Source: Minisyncoccota bacterium
GTDB taxonomy: Bacteria > Patescibacteriota > Minisyncoccia > UBA6257 > 2-01-FULL-56-20
Length of the DNA: 64,000 nucleotides
Direction: 5' to 3'
NCBI GenBank assembly: GCA_041664245.1
Contig: JBAYLC010000002.1
Location: forward strand, 75,593 to 139,592
Every line of letters starts with the position of its first letter. Within the stretch, counting starts at the first letter, position 1. Made by a program: the position numbers and the translations under genes. Of this stretch, positions 10,380 through 20,433 are shown piece by piece. The notes under the pieces are model-generated. The model searched no databases and was not told the origin of the DNA. It saw only the letters and a program-made list of their open reading frames with translations.

Positions 10380-10437
10380 TTGACGATTAATAATATATTT
10401 CTATAATTAACATATCCTACCTTTCCTACTTATAGGA
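10380..10437 (+). promoter_or_regulatory. Sigma70 promoter plus putative operator repeats
   Basis: TTGACG-16-TATAAT, then TCCTAC-CTT-TCCTAC-TTA-TAGGA before the AbrB-like gene. Confidence 0.6.
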
Positions 10438-10449
10438 AATATTACAATT

Positions 10450-10704
10450 ATGAAAACAAACAAAAAAGAAAAAAAGTTTTACGGATTAACGACAATAGGT
10501 GAAAAAGGCCAAGTGGTTGTTCCGGCACTAGCGCGGAAGGCAATGAGTTTGAAAAAAGGCGAAAAGCTTCTAGTTTTTGGACGAGGGCAGGATATGGTGG
10601 GATTTTGCAAATTGGCGAATTTGGAAAAATTAGCTTCTCATTTAACGGAACAGTTAGGAACGATTAAGGGAATTATTAGGAAAACTAAAGCGAAAAGATT
10701 TTAG
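10450..10704 (+). CDS. AbrB/MazE/SpoVT family DNA-binding protein
   Basis: TTIGEKGQVVVPALARKAMSLKKGEKL swapped-hairpin motif. Confidence 0.88.
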   Translation: MKTNKKEKKFYGLTTIGEKGQVVVPALARKAMSLKKGEKLLVFGRGQDMVGFCKLANLEKLASHLTEQLGTIKGIIRKTKAKRF

Positions 10705-10733
10705 AATTAAGAATACGGAATATTAAATTTAAG

Positions 10734-11528
10734 ATGAATATTATTGAGGCAAAAAATTTAACCAAGAAATTTAAAGATTTTACGGCTGTAAATAATGTTT
10801 CTTTCCAAGTTCAACGGGGTGAAATTTTTGCCTTTTTGGGACCAAATGGAGCGGGCAAGAGCACGACAATTAAAATGCTTACGACTTTGCTTTTGCCGAC
10901 CAGCGGTGAAATTACGGTTGTGGGGAGTAATCCCATTGTTGAGCAAGATAAAGTTAGAAAATCTTTTGGAATTGTTTTCCAAGACCCAAGTTTGGACGAT
11001 GAGCTTACTACTTACGAAAATATGGAATACCACGGAGTTTTGTATCGGGTGCCGAAAGAGTTGCGGATAAAAAGGATTGAGGAGCTTTTGAAATTTGTTG
11101 AACTTTGGGAGCGAAAAGATGATTTGGTGAAGACTTTTTCGGGCGGAATGAAACGAAGGCTAGAAATCGCTCGAGGACTTTTGCACCATCCGAAAGTGTT
11201 GTTTTTAGACGAGCCGACTCTAGGGCTTGATCCACAGACTAGAAATCATATTTGGAGTTATATCGGGCGTTTAAATAAAGAAGAAGGAATGACAATATTT
11301 TTTACAACCCACTATATGGAAGAGGCCGAGAAAATCGCGAATACGGTGGCTATTATTGACCACGGCAAAATAATCGTTCAGGGATCGCCCGCCGAGCTTA
11401 AAACCAAAACTGGAACAAATACATTGGAGGAGGCATTTTTGAAATTCACCGGAACGGTTATCCGGGAAGAAGAAGCAGGTAGCGCTGACCAAATGAGAAT
11501 GCGGCACCGATTATGGACAAAAAAATAA
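10734..11528 (+). CDS. ABC exporter ATPase (DrrA/NodI-like)
   Basis: GPNGAGKS, FSGGMKRRLEIARG, LDEPTLGLD. Confidence 0.92.
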   Translation: MNIIEAKNLTKKFKDFTAVNNVSFQVQRGEIFAFLGPNGAGKSTTIKMLTTLLLPTSGEITVVGSNPIVEQDKVRKSFGIVFQDPSLDDELTTYENMEYHGVLYRVPKELRIKRIEELLKFVELWERKDDLVKTFSGGMKRRLEIARGLLHHPKVLFLDEPTLGLDPQTRNHIWSYIGRLNKEEGMTIFFTTHYMEEAEKIANTVAIIDHGKIIVQGSPAELKTKTGTNTLEEAFLKFTGTVIREEEAGSADQMRMRHRLWTKK

Positions 11529-11529
11529 T

Positions 11530-12276
11530 ATGAATATAATTTATATTCTTTGGCTTAGACAATTAAAGAGATATTTTCGATCAAAAGCGAGAATAATTGG
11601 TTCTTTGGCGCAACCGCTTTTGTTTTTGGTGGCATTGGGATTTGGTTTCGGGCCAATTTTTCAAAAAGCGGGCGGGGGAAATTATATGGAATTTTTGGCG
11701 CCGGGGATTATCTCAATGAGCATACTTTTCACGGCGATATTTGCTGGAATCGAGGTGATTTGGGATAAGCAGTTCGGTTTTTTGAAAGAGACACTGGTGG
11801 CGCCGGTTTCAAGAGTACAAATTATGTTTGGCCGGACTTTAGGCGGAGCTACGGTAGCGACATTGCAAGGTTTGATTGTTTTTATTCTTTCGGTTTTGAT
11901 CGGATTTGAACCGATCAGCCTGGTAGCTGTTCCTTTGTCAATTTTATTTATGTTCATGATTGCTTTGATATTTACGGCTTTAGGAACGGCTATCGCCTCA
12001 GCGCTTGATGATATGCAAGGCTTTCAACTGATTATGAATTTTTTGGTGATGCCGCTCTTCTTTCTTTCAGGAGCATTATTTCCTTTAAGCGGTTTGCCGC
12101 CAATAATAAAAACAGTGGCAAGTATTGATCCTTTATCTTACGGGGTTGATTCGTTGAGAGGCGCTCTGACGGGGGTATATCATTTCGGCTTCTTTTTGGA
12201 TTTTGCAATTCTTGGCGCGCTGATTGTTATTTTTATCTGGCTTGGAAGCTATATGTTTCGGCGGATTCAGATTTAA
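11530..12276 (+). CDS. ABC-2 type permease (DrrB-like)
   Basis: Six hydrophobic segments; DKQFGFLKETLVAPVSR; FLSGALFP. Confidence 0.9.
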   Translation: MNIIYILWLRQLKRYFRSKARIIGSLAQPLLFLVALGFGFGPIFQKAGGGNYMEFLAPGIISMSILFTAIFAGIEVIWDKQFGFLKETLVAPVSRVQIMFGRTLGGATVATLQGLIVFILSVLIGFEPISLVAVPLSILFMFMIALIFTALGTAIASALDDMQGFQLIMNFLVMPLFFLSGALFPLSGLPPIIKTVASIDPLSYGVDSLRGALTGVYHFGFFLDFAILGALIVIFIWLGSYMFRRIQI

Positions 12277-12292
12277 CGTATTATTCTTAAAT

Positions 12293-12868
12293 ATGACCCA
12301 GACCACGGATGAAGAGTTAATTAAAAAATATTTGTCGGGAGATGAACCGGCATTTCGGGAACTTACTGAACGTTATCTGAAGCCGATTTATAATTTTGTT
12401 TACCGTTATACAAAGAGCGGCGATTCGGCCGAAGATATCACACAAGATGTTTTTGTTAATGTCTGGAAGAGCATTAAAAAGTTTGACCAAGATAAAAAAT
12501 TTAAGACGTGGATATTTACGATTGCCAAAAACACTTCTCTAAATTGGGTTAAAAAAAAGAAACCACTTTTATTTTCGGAATTATCCGGTTCGGATAAGAA
12601 AAATGAGAAAGAAAGCTATTCATTTGAGGATTCTCTTCGGGATCCGGCGCCGCTGCCAGATGAGGTTTTTGCCAACGCTGATTTGAAAAATAAATTGGAG
12701 TTGGCGATGTCAAGTTTGGATAATAATTATCGAGCAGTGCTTTTCCTCCACTATAACGACCATTTTACCTTTCAGGAGATTTCGGAGATGTTAGGGAAAT
12801 CAATCAATACGATAAAAAGCCAGCATCGGCGGGGAATTGTGTTGCTCAAAAAAGTTTTAACTGTCTAA
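12293..12868 (+). CDS. ECF RNA polymerase sigma factor
   Basis: DEELI..GDEPAF, AEDITQDVF, FKTWIFTIAKN, region 4 FQEISEMLGKSINTIKS; ATG 12293 preferred as start. Confidence 0.93.
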   Translation: MTQTTDEELIKKYLSGDEPAFRELTERYLKPIYNFVYRYTKSGDSAEDITQDVFVNVWKSIKKFDQDKKFKTWIFTIAKNTSLNWVKKKKPLLFSELSGSDKKNEKESYSFEDSLRDPAPLPDEVFANADLKNKLELAMSSLDNNYRAVLFLHYNDHFTFQEISEMLGKSINTIKSQHRRGIVLLKKVLTV

Positions 12869-12870
12869 GG

Positions 12871-12900
12871 TGCACCAATAAGTCTTTCTTAGTTGTACTA
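12871..12900 (+). promoter_or_regulatory. Putative ECF-sigma promoter TGCACC-N17-TGTACTA
   Basis: Lies between the sigma and anti-sigma genes; same motif and spacing recur at 24132-24161 on the minus strand. Confidence 0.65.
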
Positions 12901-12906
12901 GAAAGT

Positions 12907-13329
12907 ATGAGAGGGGATTATGAGCGTCTTTTCGGGCAGATTGACCATTTGGAACCGCCCGATGGGCTTTTGGATAAGATTATTTTACGGATTAATACCG
13001 AAAGAAGGCGGCGAACTATCAGATTCAGGATTGGTTTATTTGGGGTTTTGGCAGTGACGGCGGTTGCGGCCTTCATTCCAGCTTGGCAGGAGCTTCAAAG
13101 CGAGATGGCGGGGTCGGGGTTTTCCCAGTTTTTTTCTTTGATTTTTTCCGATACGCAAGTTGTGCTCACGTATTGGCGGGAGTTTATTCTGTCTCTAATC
13201 GAATCAATGCCAATACTTGGTATAACGGTGGTGCTTGGCTTGGTTTTAGTGTTTCTTGCTTCGGTTAAATTTCTTGTGAGAGATTTTAGCGCCGTATTCT
13301 CAAGGTCGCAACTTATTAAAACAAATTAA
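12907..13329 (+). CDS. Putative membrane anti-sigma factor
   Basis: Directly follows the ECF sigma; LEPPDGLLDKII..I N-terminal motif followed by TM helices. Confidence 0.7.
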   Translation: MRGDYERLFGQIDHLEPPDGLLDKIILRINTERRRRTIRFRIGLFGVLAVTAVAAFIPAWQELQSEMAGSGFSQFFSLIFSDTQVVLTYWREFILSLIESMPILGITVVLGLVLVFLASVKFLVRDFSAVFSRSQLIKTN

Positions 13330-13330
13330 A

Positions 13331-13831
13331 ATGAATTTGAAGGATATAAAACTAAAAAATTTTTTCCAATCAAAAATATTTTTGCGGTTTATGATTGGGT
13401 TGGCTGTCTTGGTTGTGCTATTAGTGGTTTTTCAGGCCGGAGAGATGATGGGTTTCAAACGAGCCAGTTTTTCTTATCAATGGGGAGAGAATTATTTCAG
13501 GGGGGTGGCTGGGCCGAGAGGTGGTTTTCCTGATGACTTTCGAAACGGAGGTTATTTGCGGGGCAACGGAATTTTCGGTTCAATAATTAGTGTTGCTAGT
13601 TCGACTTTAATTATTCAGGACCAGAATAATATTGAAAAAAATATTCTTGTTTCCAAAGAAACGGTCATAAGGCGCTTTCGAGATTCCATAACCGCAAGCG
13701 ATTTAAAGCCAAATGAAAAAGTGACAGTGATTGGTTCGCCGAATAGCAGCGGGCAGATTGAGGCAAAATTAATCAGGGTGGTTTCTGATTTGCCGCCTAT
13801 TTTGCCGAACGGAGAAATGATGAAAAATTAA
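13331..13831 (+). CDS. Membrane-anchored DUF5666-like beta-domain protein
   Basis: N-terminal TM helix; GSIISV..DLKPNEKVTVIGSPNSSGQIEAKLIRV. Confidence 0.6.
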   Translation: MNLKDIKLKNFFQSKIFLRFMIGLAVLVVLLVVFQAGEMMGFKRASFSYQWGENYFRGVAGPRGGFPDDFRNGGYLRGNGIFGSIISVASSTLIIQDQNNIEKNILVSKETVIRRFRDSITASDLKPNEKVTVIGSPNSSGQIEAKLIRVVSDLPPILPNGEMMKN

Positions 13832-13833
13832 AA

Positions 13834-15663
13834 ATGAATAAATTTTTAAATCATAAAAATTTCTTTAAGCGGATTTTAGGAAGAGCGCTGGCGCATAAGG
13901 TTATTTCTGTGTTTATTATTTTAGCGGTGGTTTTTGGGGGTTATTACGTTTATGGAAAATTAAAGGGGAGTAGCGTGGAAACACGTTACGTTTTAGCGGC
14001 GGCACAGAAAGGAACTCTGGTCACTTCGGTGTCTGGTTCTGGACAGGTTTCGGCTTCGAACCAGGTGGATATTAAACCAAAAGTTTCCGGTGATGTTATT
14101 TCGGTTGCGGCTATTGCGGGACAGAAAATAAAAGCTGGCGGATTAATTTTAAGAATTGATTCGACCGATGCCGAGAAAGCGGTGCGGGATGCCAAAGCTA
14201 ATTTAGAAAGCGCACAAATTGCTTTAGAAAAAATAAAACAGCCGGCGGATGCCCTTTCGACAACCCAGGCGGAGAACGCTTTAACGCAAGCTCAACGGTC
14301 TAAGCAAAATGCCCAAGATGATTTGCAAAAAATTTATGATGATGGTTTCAATACCGTGGCTAACGCTTTTATTGATTTACCGGGAGTAGTAACGGGATTG
14401 GATACGATTTTAAATGGCAGTAGTGTTAATGGAAATCAAAGTAATGCTAACGCGTATGCGGACATGATAAGAAGTTATAAATCTGATATTGATCAATTTC
14501 GCGATTCAGCTTTAGCAGCTTATAAGAAAGCAAGAATAGCTTATGATAAAAATTTGCAAGATTATAAAAACACAAGCCGGTATTCCGATCGGACGGTGAT
14601 AGACTCTTTAATTAACGAATCATACGAAACTACAAAGTTGATTTCGGAGGCAATTAAAAATACAAAGAGTTTGCTGGATTTAGTGAATGACATTTTGACG
14701 AGCGGCAGTTATCGGAACACAAAGCCGCCAACAGTACTTGCCACTCACGAGAGCAATCTTCAGAGTTATACTGGGACTACTAATACTCACTTGGGGAATC
14801 TGCTTAATGTGGAAAATTCGATAAAGAGCGATCTCGACACAATTACAAGTTCGGATTTAACGATAAAGGAAAAAACCGAGGCTCTGGCTAAACTGAAGGC
14901 AGGCGCCGATACCTTGGATATTCAATCCCAAGAATTAAGCGTGAAGCAGCGGCAAAATTCCCTGTTGGATGCCCAACAAACTTTGGCGGATTATTTTATT
15001 CGAGCGCCATTTGATGGAGTAGTCGCTAAAATGAATGTTAAAAAGGGGGACTCGGCTGGTTCGGGAACAGCGGTAGCAACGGTGATCACAAGTAAAAAAA
15101 TCGCGCAATTATCCCTAAATGAAGTGGATGTGGCAAAAATAAAAATTGGCCAAAAAGCGACTTTAACTTTTGACGCTTTTTCTGATTTAACAATTGCTGG
15201 GGAAGTAACTTCGGTTGATACAATCGGGACGGTAACGCAAGGAGTGGTTAATTATAATATTGATATTGCTTTTGATACTCAAGACGATCGGGTAAAACCG
15301 GCGATGAGTGTTTCAGCGGCAATCATTACTGACACCAAGCTGGATGTTTTATTGGTGCCAAATTCGGCGGTTAAATCACAGGGAAATACTCATTATATTG
15401 AGATGCTTGCGGCAATAGGTTCGTCAGCAACGACCACCTCAAATCAAGGCGTTGTTTCGGTAACTCCACCCAATCGACAGTCAGTGGAAATCGGAATTAG
15501 CAATGATTCTTATACCGAGATAGTAAGTGGTCTCCAAGAGGGGGAGGAAGTAGTGACTAGGACAATAACGGGAACAGCAACAGCGGCAACGACTTCAGGC
15601 CAACCAACTACTAAGAGTTCTAATGTGAGAATTCCTGGTTTAGGCGGGGGATTTGGGGGTTAA
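13834..15663 (+). CDS. Efflux periplasmic adaptor (HlyD/MacA/YknX-like) with long helical insert
   Basis: VSGSGQV, KPKVSGDV, IRAPFDGVV, NEVDVAKIKIGQ, VEIGISND..EIVSGL. Confidence 0.9.
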   Translation: MNKFLNHKNFFKRILGRALAHKVISVFIILAVVFGGYYVYGKLKGSSVETRYVLAAAQKGTLVTSVSGSGQVSASNQVDIKPKVSGDVISVAAIAGQKIKAGGLILRIDSTDAEKAVRDAKANLESAQIALEKIKQPADALSTTQAENALTQAQRSKQNAQDDLQKIYDDGFNTVANAFIDLPGVVTGLDTILNGSSVNGNQSNANAYADMIRSYKSDIDQFRDSALAAYKKARIAYDKNLQDYKNTSRYSDRTVIDSLINESYETTKLISEAIKNTKSLLDLVNDILTSGSYRNTKPPTVLATHESNLQSYTGTTNTHLGNLLNVENSIKSDLDTITSSDLTIKEKTEALAKLKAGADTLDIQSQELSVKQRQNSLLDAQQTLADYFIRAPFDGVVAKMNVKKGDSAGSGTAVATVITSKKIAQLSLNEVDVAKIKIGQKATLTFDAFSDLTIAGEVTSVDTIGTVTQGVVNYNIDIAFDTQDDRVKPAMSVSAAIITDTKLDVLLVPNSAVKSQGNTHYIEMLAAIGSSATTTSNQGVVSVTPPNRQSVEIGISNDSYTEIVSGLQEGEEVVTRTITGTATAATTSGQPTTKSSNVRIPGLGGGFGG

Positions 15664-15673
15664 GTTTTTGATT

Positions 15674-16387
15674 ATGATTGAATGCGAAAATATTTTCAAA
15701 ATCTATAAAAATGGCGATGAGGAGACTACTGTCTTAAAGGAGATTTCATTTACTATTAAGGATGGCGAGTTTGTGGCAATTATGGGGCCATCTGGTTCGG
15801 GAAAATCTACCCTAATGCACATTATTGGGGCGTTGGATACGCCATCTTCGGGAAAGTACGAGTTGGATAACCACGACGTATCAAAACTCTCTGATGATGA
15901 ATTGGCGGACATCCGGCGAAGTAAAATTGGTTTTGTTTTCCAATCTTTTAATCTTCTTTCTCGTTCGACGGTCCTTCGGAATGTTATGTTGCCGCTTGTT
16001 TATTCGGGAGTTTCTAAAATAAAAAGAGACGAACAGGCAAAAAGCGCTCTTATGGCCGCTGGATTACCAGAAGACAGGTGGAACCATCTTTCTAATCAAC
16101 TTTCGGGAGGGCAGATGCAACGAGTGGCAATTGCTCGGGCGCTCGTTAATAATCCGAGTATTATTTTGGCCGATGAGCCGACTGGAAATTTAGATTCAAA
16201 AACCGGAGAGATTGTATTGGGAACATTTCAGGAGCTAAATCATAAACACAACCATACAATAGTGTTGATTACTCATGAGCCTTATGTGGCGGAACATGCT
16301 GATAGGATTATCCACATTCAAGACGGTTCAATCCTGGAAGACAAAAAAAATTCTAAAAAACGAGTTGTTCATAATCATGATAATTAA
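15674..16387 (+). CDS. MacB/LolD-type ABC ATPase
   Basis: [43 protein letters not shown]. Confidence 0.93.
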   Translation: MIECENIFKIYKNGDEETTVLKEISFTIKDGEFVAIMGPSGSGKSTLMHIIGALDTPSSGKYELDNHDVSKLSDDELADIRRSKIGFVFQSFNLLSRSTVLRNVMLPLVYSGVSKIKRDEQAKSALMAAGLPEDRWNHLSNQLSGGQMQRVAIARALVNNPSIILADEPTGNLDSKTGEIVLGTFQELNHKHNHTIVLITHEPYVAEHADRIIHIQDGSILEDKKNSKKRVVHNHDN

Positions 16388-16389
16388 AA

Positions 16390-17613
16390 ATGAAATTTTC
16401 TGATTTATTACAAGAAACATATTCATCGCTTACCGTAAATAAGGCAAGATCAAGTTTGACGATCTTGGGAATTGTGATTGGCATTGGTTCGGTGATCGCT
16501 ATGGTTTCTATCGGCCAAGGAGCGCAAGGCTCCATTGAAGCGAGAATTCAATCGATCGGATCAAATTTAATTCAAGTAACACCAGGGGCGCAGAGGGGGG
16601 TGGGCGTGCAAGTAAGTGCCGGCCGAGGTTCAGCTCAAACGCTAACTCAAGTAGATGCTGACGCGATTATCAAAGAGGTGACTTTAGCCAAGGCGGTGGC
16701 GCCGGAAATTTCGAAAAGATATCAAGTGACGGCGAAGGGAACGAATACTAATACCCAAGTGATTGGAACGGTGTCGGCTTATCCGGAAGTTAGGAGCGTG
16801 GAAATTGATCAGGGCTCTTTTATAACTGATGACAATGTAAGGAGTTTAGCTAGGGTAGCCGTGCTTGGTCCGACTACTCGGGATGATTTATTTGGACAGG
16901 GATCTGATGCTATTGGGCAAACGGTTAGAATCAACAAAGTTGATTTTAGGATAGTTGGCGTTACAAAAGCTAAAGGGGGAACTGGGTTTGGCAGCCAAGA
17001 CGATATGATCTTTGTGCCGCTCTCAACGGCGCAAAGGTTTTTAGCTGGGGATACTTATGTGACGACTATCAGTATTCAGGCGCAAGACCAAAGTTCAATG
17101 ACGGAAATCCAGCAGCAAGTGACGGATCTTTTGCTCCAAAGGCATAATATATCCGATTCTTCCGCCGCAGATTTTAGTGTTTTGAATCAGGCCGATTTAG
17201 TGGCAACGGCGTCTTCTGTCACCGATACTTTGACTATCCTCTTGGGAGCTATTGCCGGAATATCGCTCGTGGTCGGGGGAATCGGGATTATGAATATGAT
17301 GTTGACGACTGTTACTGAAAGAACTAGAGAAATTGGATTAAGAAAGGCTATTGGAGCAAGAAGATCTGATATAAGCACGCAATTTTTAGTCGAGTCAGTG
17401 ACCTTAACTTTTATCGGCGGAGTTATTGGAATAATTTTTGGCTGGCTGGCAGCTTTGGCAGTAACTCAATTTGCTGGGATCACAACTTCTATTTCTTTGA
17501 TGTCGGTAAGTTTGGCGGTTGGTGTTTCGGCAGCAATTGGAATTGTTTTTGGATATTATCCGGCTAGAAGAGCGGCTGGACTTAATCCAATTGACGCATT
17601 GAGATACGAATAA
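16390..17613 (+). CDS. MacB-family ABC permease
   Basis: RSSLTILGIVIGI, GIMNMMLTTVTERTREIGLRKAIGA, PARRAAGLNPIDALRYE. Confidence 0.94.
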   Translation: MKFSDLLQETYSSLTVNKARSSLTILGIVIGIGSVIAMVSIGQGAQGSIEARIQSIGSNLIQVTPGAQRGVGVQVSAGRGSAQTLTQVDADAIIKEVTLAKAVAPEISKRYQVTAKGTNTNTQVIGTVSAYPEVRSVEIDQGSFITDDNVRSLARVAVLGPTTRDDLFGQGSDAIGQTVRINKVDFRIVGVTKAKGGTGFGSQDDMIFVPLSTAQRFLAGDTYVTTISIQAQDQSSMTEIQQQVTDLLLQRHNISDSSAADFSVLNQADLVATASSVTDTLTILLGAIAGISLVVGGIGIMNMMLTTVTERTREIGLRKAIGARRSDISTQFLVESVTLTFIGGVIGIIFGWLAALAVTQFAGITTSISLMSVSLAVGVSAAIGIVFGYYPARRAAGLNPIDALRYE

Positions 17614-17672
17614 CTAATGACTTATGACTGATTACTTTTGATTTATGACATTGCAAGGTCGAAAAATAAATA

Positions 17673-17708
17673 ACCCGCTAAAATTTTTAGCAAAAAACTT
17701 AGGCGGGT
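17673..17708. repeat. REP-like palindrome ACCCGC..GCGGGT
   Basis: Imperfect inverted repeat; the right arm resembles AAAAATTCAGGCGGG near 44488-44502. Confidence 0.55.
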
Positions 17709-17720
17709 GAACCAAAAAAT

Positions 17721-18143
17721 ATGAAAAAAATTTTACCAATTATTATAGCGATTATTGTGGCTGGGGGATTAGGATTTTATATTGGCACGAAATCAACTGG
17801 CGGAGGAAATACGCCGGCCGACAATAATAAGCAAATAGGATCCCAGAATTTTCAGCCAGGTAGCGGTTTTGGGGCGGGCCGGCGCGCCGGGGTAGGAACT
17901 GGTGGCGGTTTCGTGAGTGGTGATGTTATAAAGAAAGATGCGACGAGTATTACTGTCCAGACGAATGAGGGCAGCTCTAAGGTTATTCTTATTTCTGACA
18001 CTACGCCGGTAATGAAAGAGGCATCAGGAACTTTAGGTGATGTCTTAGTCGGTAAACAGATCACAGTCATTGGAAGCGCTAATTCGGACGGCAGTATTAC
18101 TGCACAGTCGATTCAATTAAGGCCGAATCTAAGAAATAATTAA
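17721..18143 (+). CDS. Membrane-anchored DUF5666-like protein
   Basis: TM helix, Gly-rich linker, VSGDVIKKD..VGKQITVIGSANSDGSITAQSIQL; similar to 13331..13831. Confidence 0.65.
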   Translation: MKKILPIIIAIIVAGGLGFYIGTKSTGGGNTPADNNKQIGSQNFQPGSGFGAGRRAGVGTGGGFVSGDVIKKDATSITVQTNEGSSKVILISDTTPVMKEASGTLGDVLVGKQITVIGSANSDGSITAQSIQLRPNLRNN

Positions 18144-18402
18144 GCGGCTTATTAAAGAAAATAATTTTGGACTGGAATTATCGGTTTGATTACCGAGAGG
18201 CGTTTTTATAAAACCGGAAGCTATCCCCAAAAAGATTTATTTTGAACTATTTGTTCTATGGTTTGAAATGAAACAAATTTGGACCCTAAACTGTATTAGT
18301 TAGTGGAGGGATTGAAAATCAAGCTTGGGGAGTGTTTTATCGAACCTTTTTCACTTTCCTTGCTTGGTTTTCGGTTCCAACGTTTATGAAACTGGTTTTT
18401 TG

Positions 18403-19128
18403 TTATCTTATTTCAGTCCATTCTTTAGAGAATACTTTGTCAAAAACATGAAAATGGACGGTGTTTATCAAGAATAGGACAACGAGACGAGACCAGCCAA
18501 CTTGATGGGCTCTCCGGCCGGTATGATAGACGATAAGTTTTGGATCGGAAGTAACTTTACCAATTTTAGAAAGCCGTTTAAATAAATCGCGATCTTCGCG
18601 AGTTACAAGGTCTTCACGATAACCATTTACGAGTTTAAATGATTCACGACGGATCATTTGGAATTCGCCGCCAGCGGCATCACCACTATTGAATTTGTTG
18701 TTTTTTATCCTGGTTAGAAAATTCATAAGACCGAAGAAGAATTTATCGGTTCGGGTTTCGTGTTCGGGTTTAACTAAAATCTGGCCCGCCAGCGCGACAA
18801 GGTTTTTGTTGGCTTCAAAATTAGCAAGCGCCATTTTAAAAAACTGGTTGGGGTTTGGTATGGAGCAGTCGGCATCTAGAAACACTAAGAATTCGCCAAC
18901 AGCGGTTTTGGCGCCGTCATTCCGGCCCTGGGCGATGGTTTGGCGATTAAGGCCGGAAAATACCACTACCTTGTTTGTGTATTGTTTAGCGATTTCTATG
19001 GTTTTATCTTTACTTCCACCATCGGAGATGATTATTTCGTGAGGAAGCTGGAGATTCGATTTAAGAGAATTGAGAATCAAGCCAATCACTTTTTCTTCTT
19101 TAAGAGTAGGGATGATAATCGAAATCAT
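18403..19128 (-). CDS. Glycosyltransferase family 2
   Basis: ISIIIPT, DGGSKDKT, FLDAD, EDRD. Confidence 0.92.
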   Translation of the reverse strand: MISIIIPTLKEEKVIGLILNSLKSNLQLPHEIIISDGGSKDKTIEIAKQYTNKVVVFSGLNRQTIAQGRNDGAKTAVGEFLVFLDADCSIPNPNQFFKMALANFEANKNLVALAGQILVKPEHETRTDKFFFGLMNFLTRIKNNKFNSGDAAGGEFQMIRRESFKLVNGYREDLVTREDRDLFKRLSKIGKVTSDPKLIVYHTGRRAHQVGWSRLVVLFLINTVHFHVFDKVFSKEWTEIR

Positions 19129-19133
19129 ATTTT

Positions 19134-19826
19134 TTATTTTACCAATAGAAAATATAACCTGATAATTTGGTAATATTTTCCGACTGGAGAAACCGTTCGG
19201 GTGATATCAAGCCGCATTCCGAATTCTTTTACAAGGCCTTTTAAAATCCCGATCTTTTTAAATTTCAGCGGATCGGCGAGGCCTTCGCAGTAGACCGATT
19301 TAATTCTTAGTTTATTTTTGATTATAAATCTATTCATATAGCTTTCTATCCCATAGGGCAATAATTCGGAAAGTTTTTTCAGATGAGGAGTAATAAATGT
19401 TTTTGGGAAAACCCGATCGCCGGAGAGCCAGTCAATGCCAATGACGTGCCAGAGCCAAGGAGTGTTTGCTCTTAGGCTAATACTTTGATCGGCTTGATGA
19501 TTTAAGACTGGTTCGATAAGGGCAGTAACGTGTTCTGATTTGAGCCCCTCTAAATCGGCATCGCACATAAAAATCAAATCACCGGTGGCGCGGGAAAACC
19601 CTTCGGCCACGTCAGCGCTTTTCCCGCCCTTTTTTTCTTGGGCGATTAAAATAATATTGGGAAATTCGGCAACGATTTTTCGGGTATTGTCGGTCGAGGC
19701 GCCGTCAACCACGATTATTTCGTTTATTAACGGATGTTTACAGATTACATTTAGGACATCTCTAATTCTTTGTTCTTCGTTGTAGGCGGCGATAACACAG
19801 GAAATTTTTGAAAAATCATTTGGCAT
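19134..19826 (-). CDS. Glycosyltransferase family 2 (GpgS/DPM-synthase-like)
   Basis: VIAAYNEE, VVDGASTDNT, DADL, LSGDR, YGIE. Confidence 0.9.
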   Translation of the reverse strand: MPNDFSKISCVIAAYNEEQRIRDVLNVICKHPLINEIIVVDGASTDNTRKIVAEFPNIILIAQEKKGGKSADVAEGFSRATGDLIFMCDADLEGLKSEHVTALIEPVLNHQADQSISLRANTPWLWHVIGIDWLSGDRVFPKTFITPHLKKLSELLPYGIESYMNRFIIKNKLRIKSVYCEGLADPLKFKKIGILKGLVKEFGMRLDITRTVSPVGKYYQIIRLYFLLVK

Positions 19827-19830
19827 TTTT

Positions 19831-20424
19831 TTATATTTGATTTGATTTTGTAATATTATTTTTAATATATTTTCCAAAGCCGACTATAACTAGGAAGACA
19901 ATCACCAGGCCGGCGATTACCGATATTTGGCCAAAAACGGAATTAACAATGGTGTAGAGATGTCCAAAAGTATAACCGATAAAAACAAGAAAGCCAGTCC
20001 AAAAAAATTGGCCAATGATATTTAAGGTCATGTATTTTCGGAAGGGGATTTTGACGAGCCCGGCGGTAATAAGAGTGACTAATGCGAAACCGAAGCCCAT
20101 TGTTAGTTTTGAAATTATAAGAATACGGTTGCGATGTTTATGAAAAACTTTTTTTACTGTTTCTATCTTATCTTCGGTGATACTAAAATATTTGCCGAAT
20201 TTTTTGACGAACGGCTGGCCAAAGTAGTAGCCGACAGCATACCACCAGGCGTCGCCGATTAAGTCGCCAATCATAAGAGCGGCGAAGGTTGGTAGAATTG
20301 GCAGGTAGCCAAGTTTTATAAAAAATCCCGAGGCGAGCATGATAAGCGGGCCTTCGACGATGGTGATGCCGATAATCAGAGGATATTTATATTGAAGAAT
20401 TAAGGCTACGAGGGTGGCGCTCAT
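19831..20424 (-). CDS. DedA family membrane protein
   Basis: VEGP, GDLIGDAWWYAVG, SKLTMGFG, AGLVKIPFRKY. Confidence 0.88.
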   Translation of the reverse strand: MSATLVALILQYKYPLIIGITIVEGPLIMLASGFFIKLGYLPILPTFAALMIGDLIGDAWWYAVGYYFGQPFVKKFGKYFSITEDKIETVKKVFHKHRNRILIISKLTMGFGFALVTLITAGLVKIPFRKYMTLNIIGQFFWTGFLVFIGYTFGHLYTIVNSVFGQISVIAGLVIVFLVIVGFGKYIKNNITKSNQI

Positions 20425-20433
20425 TTGATTTGG

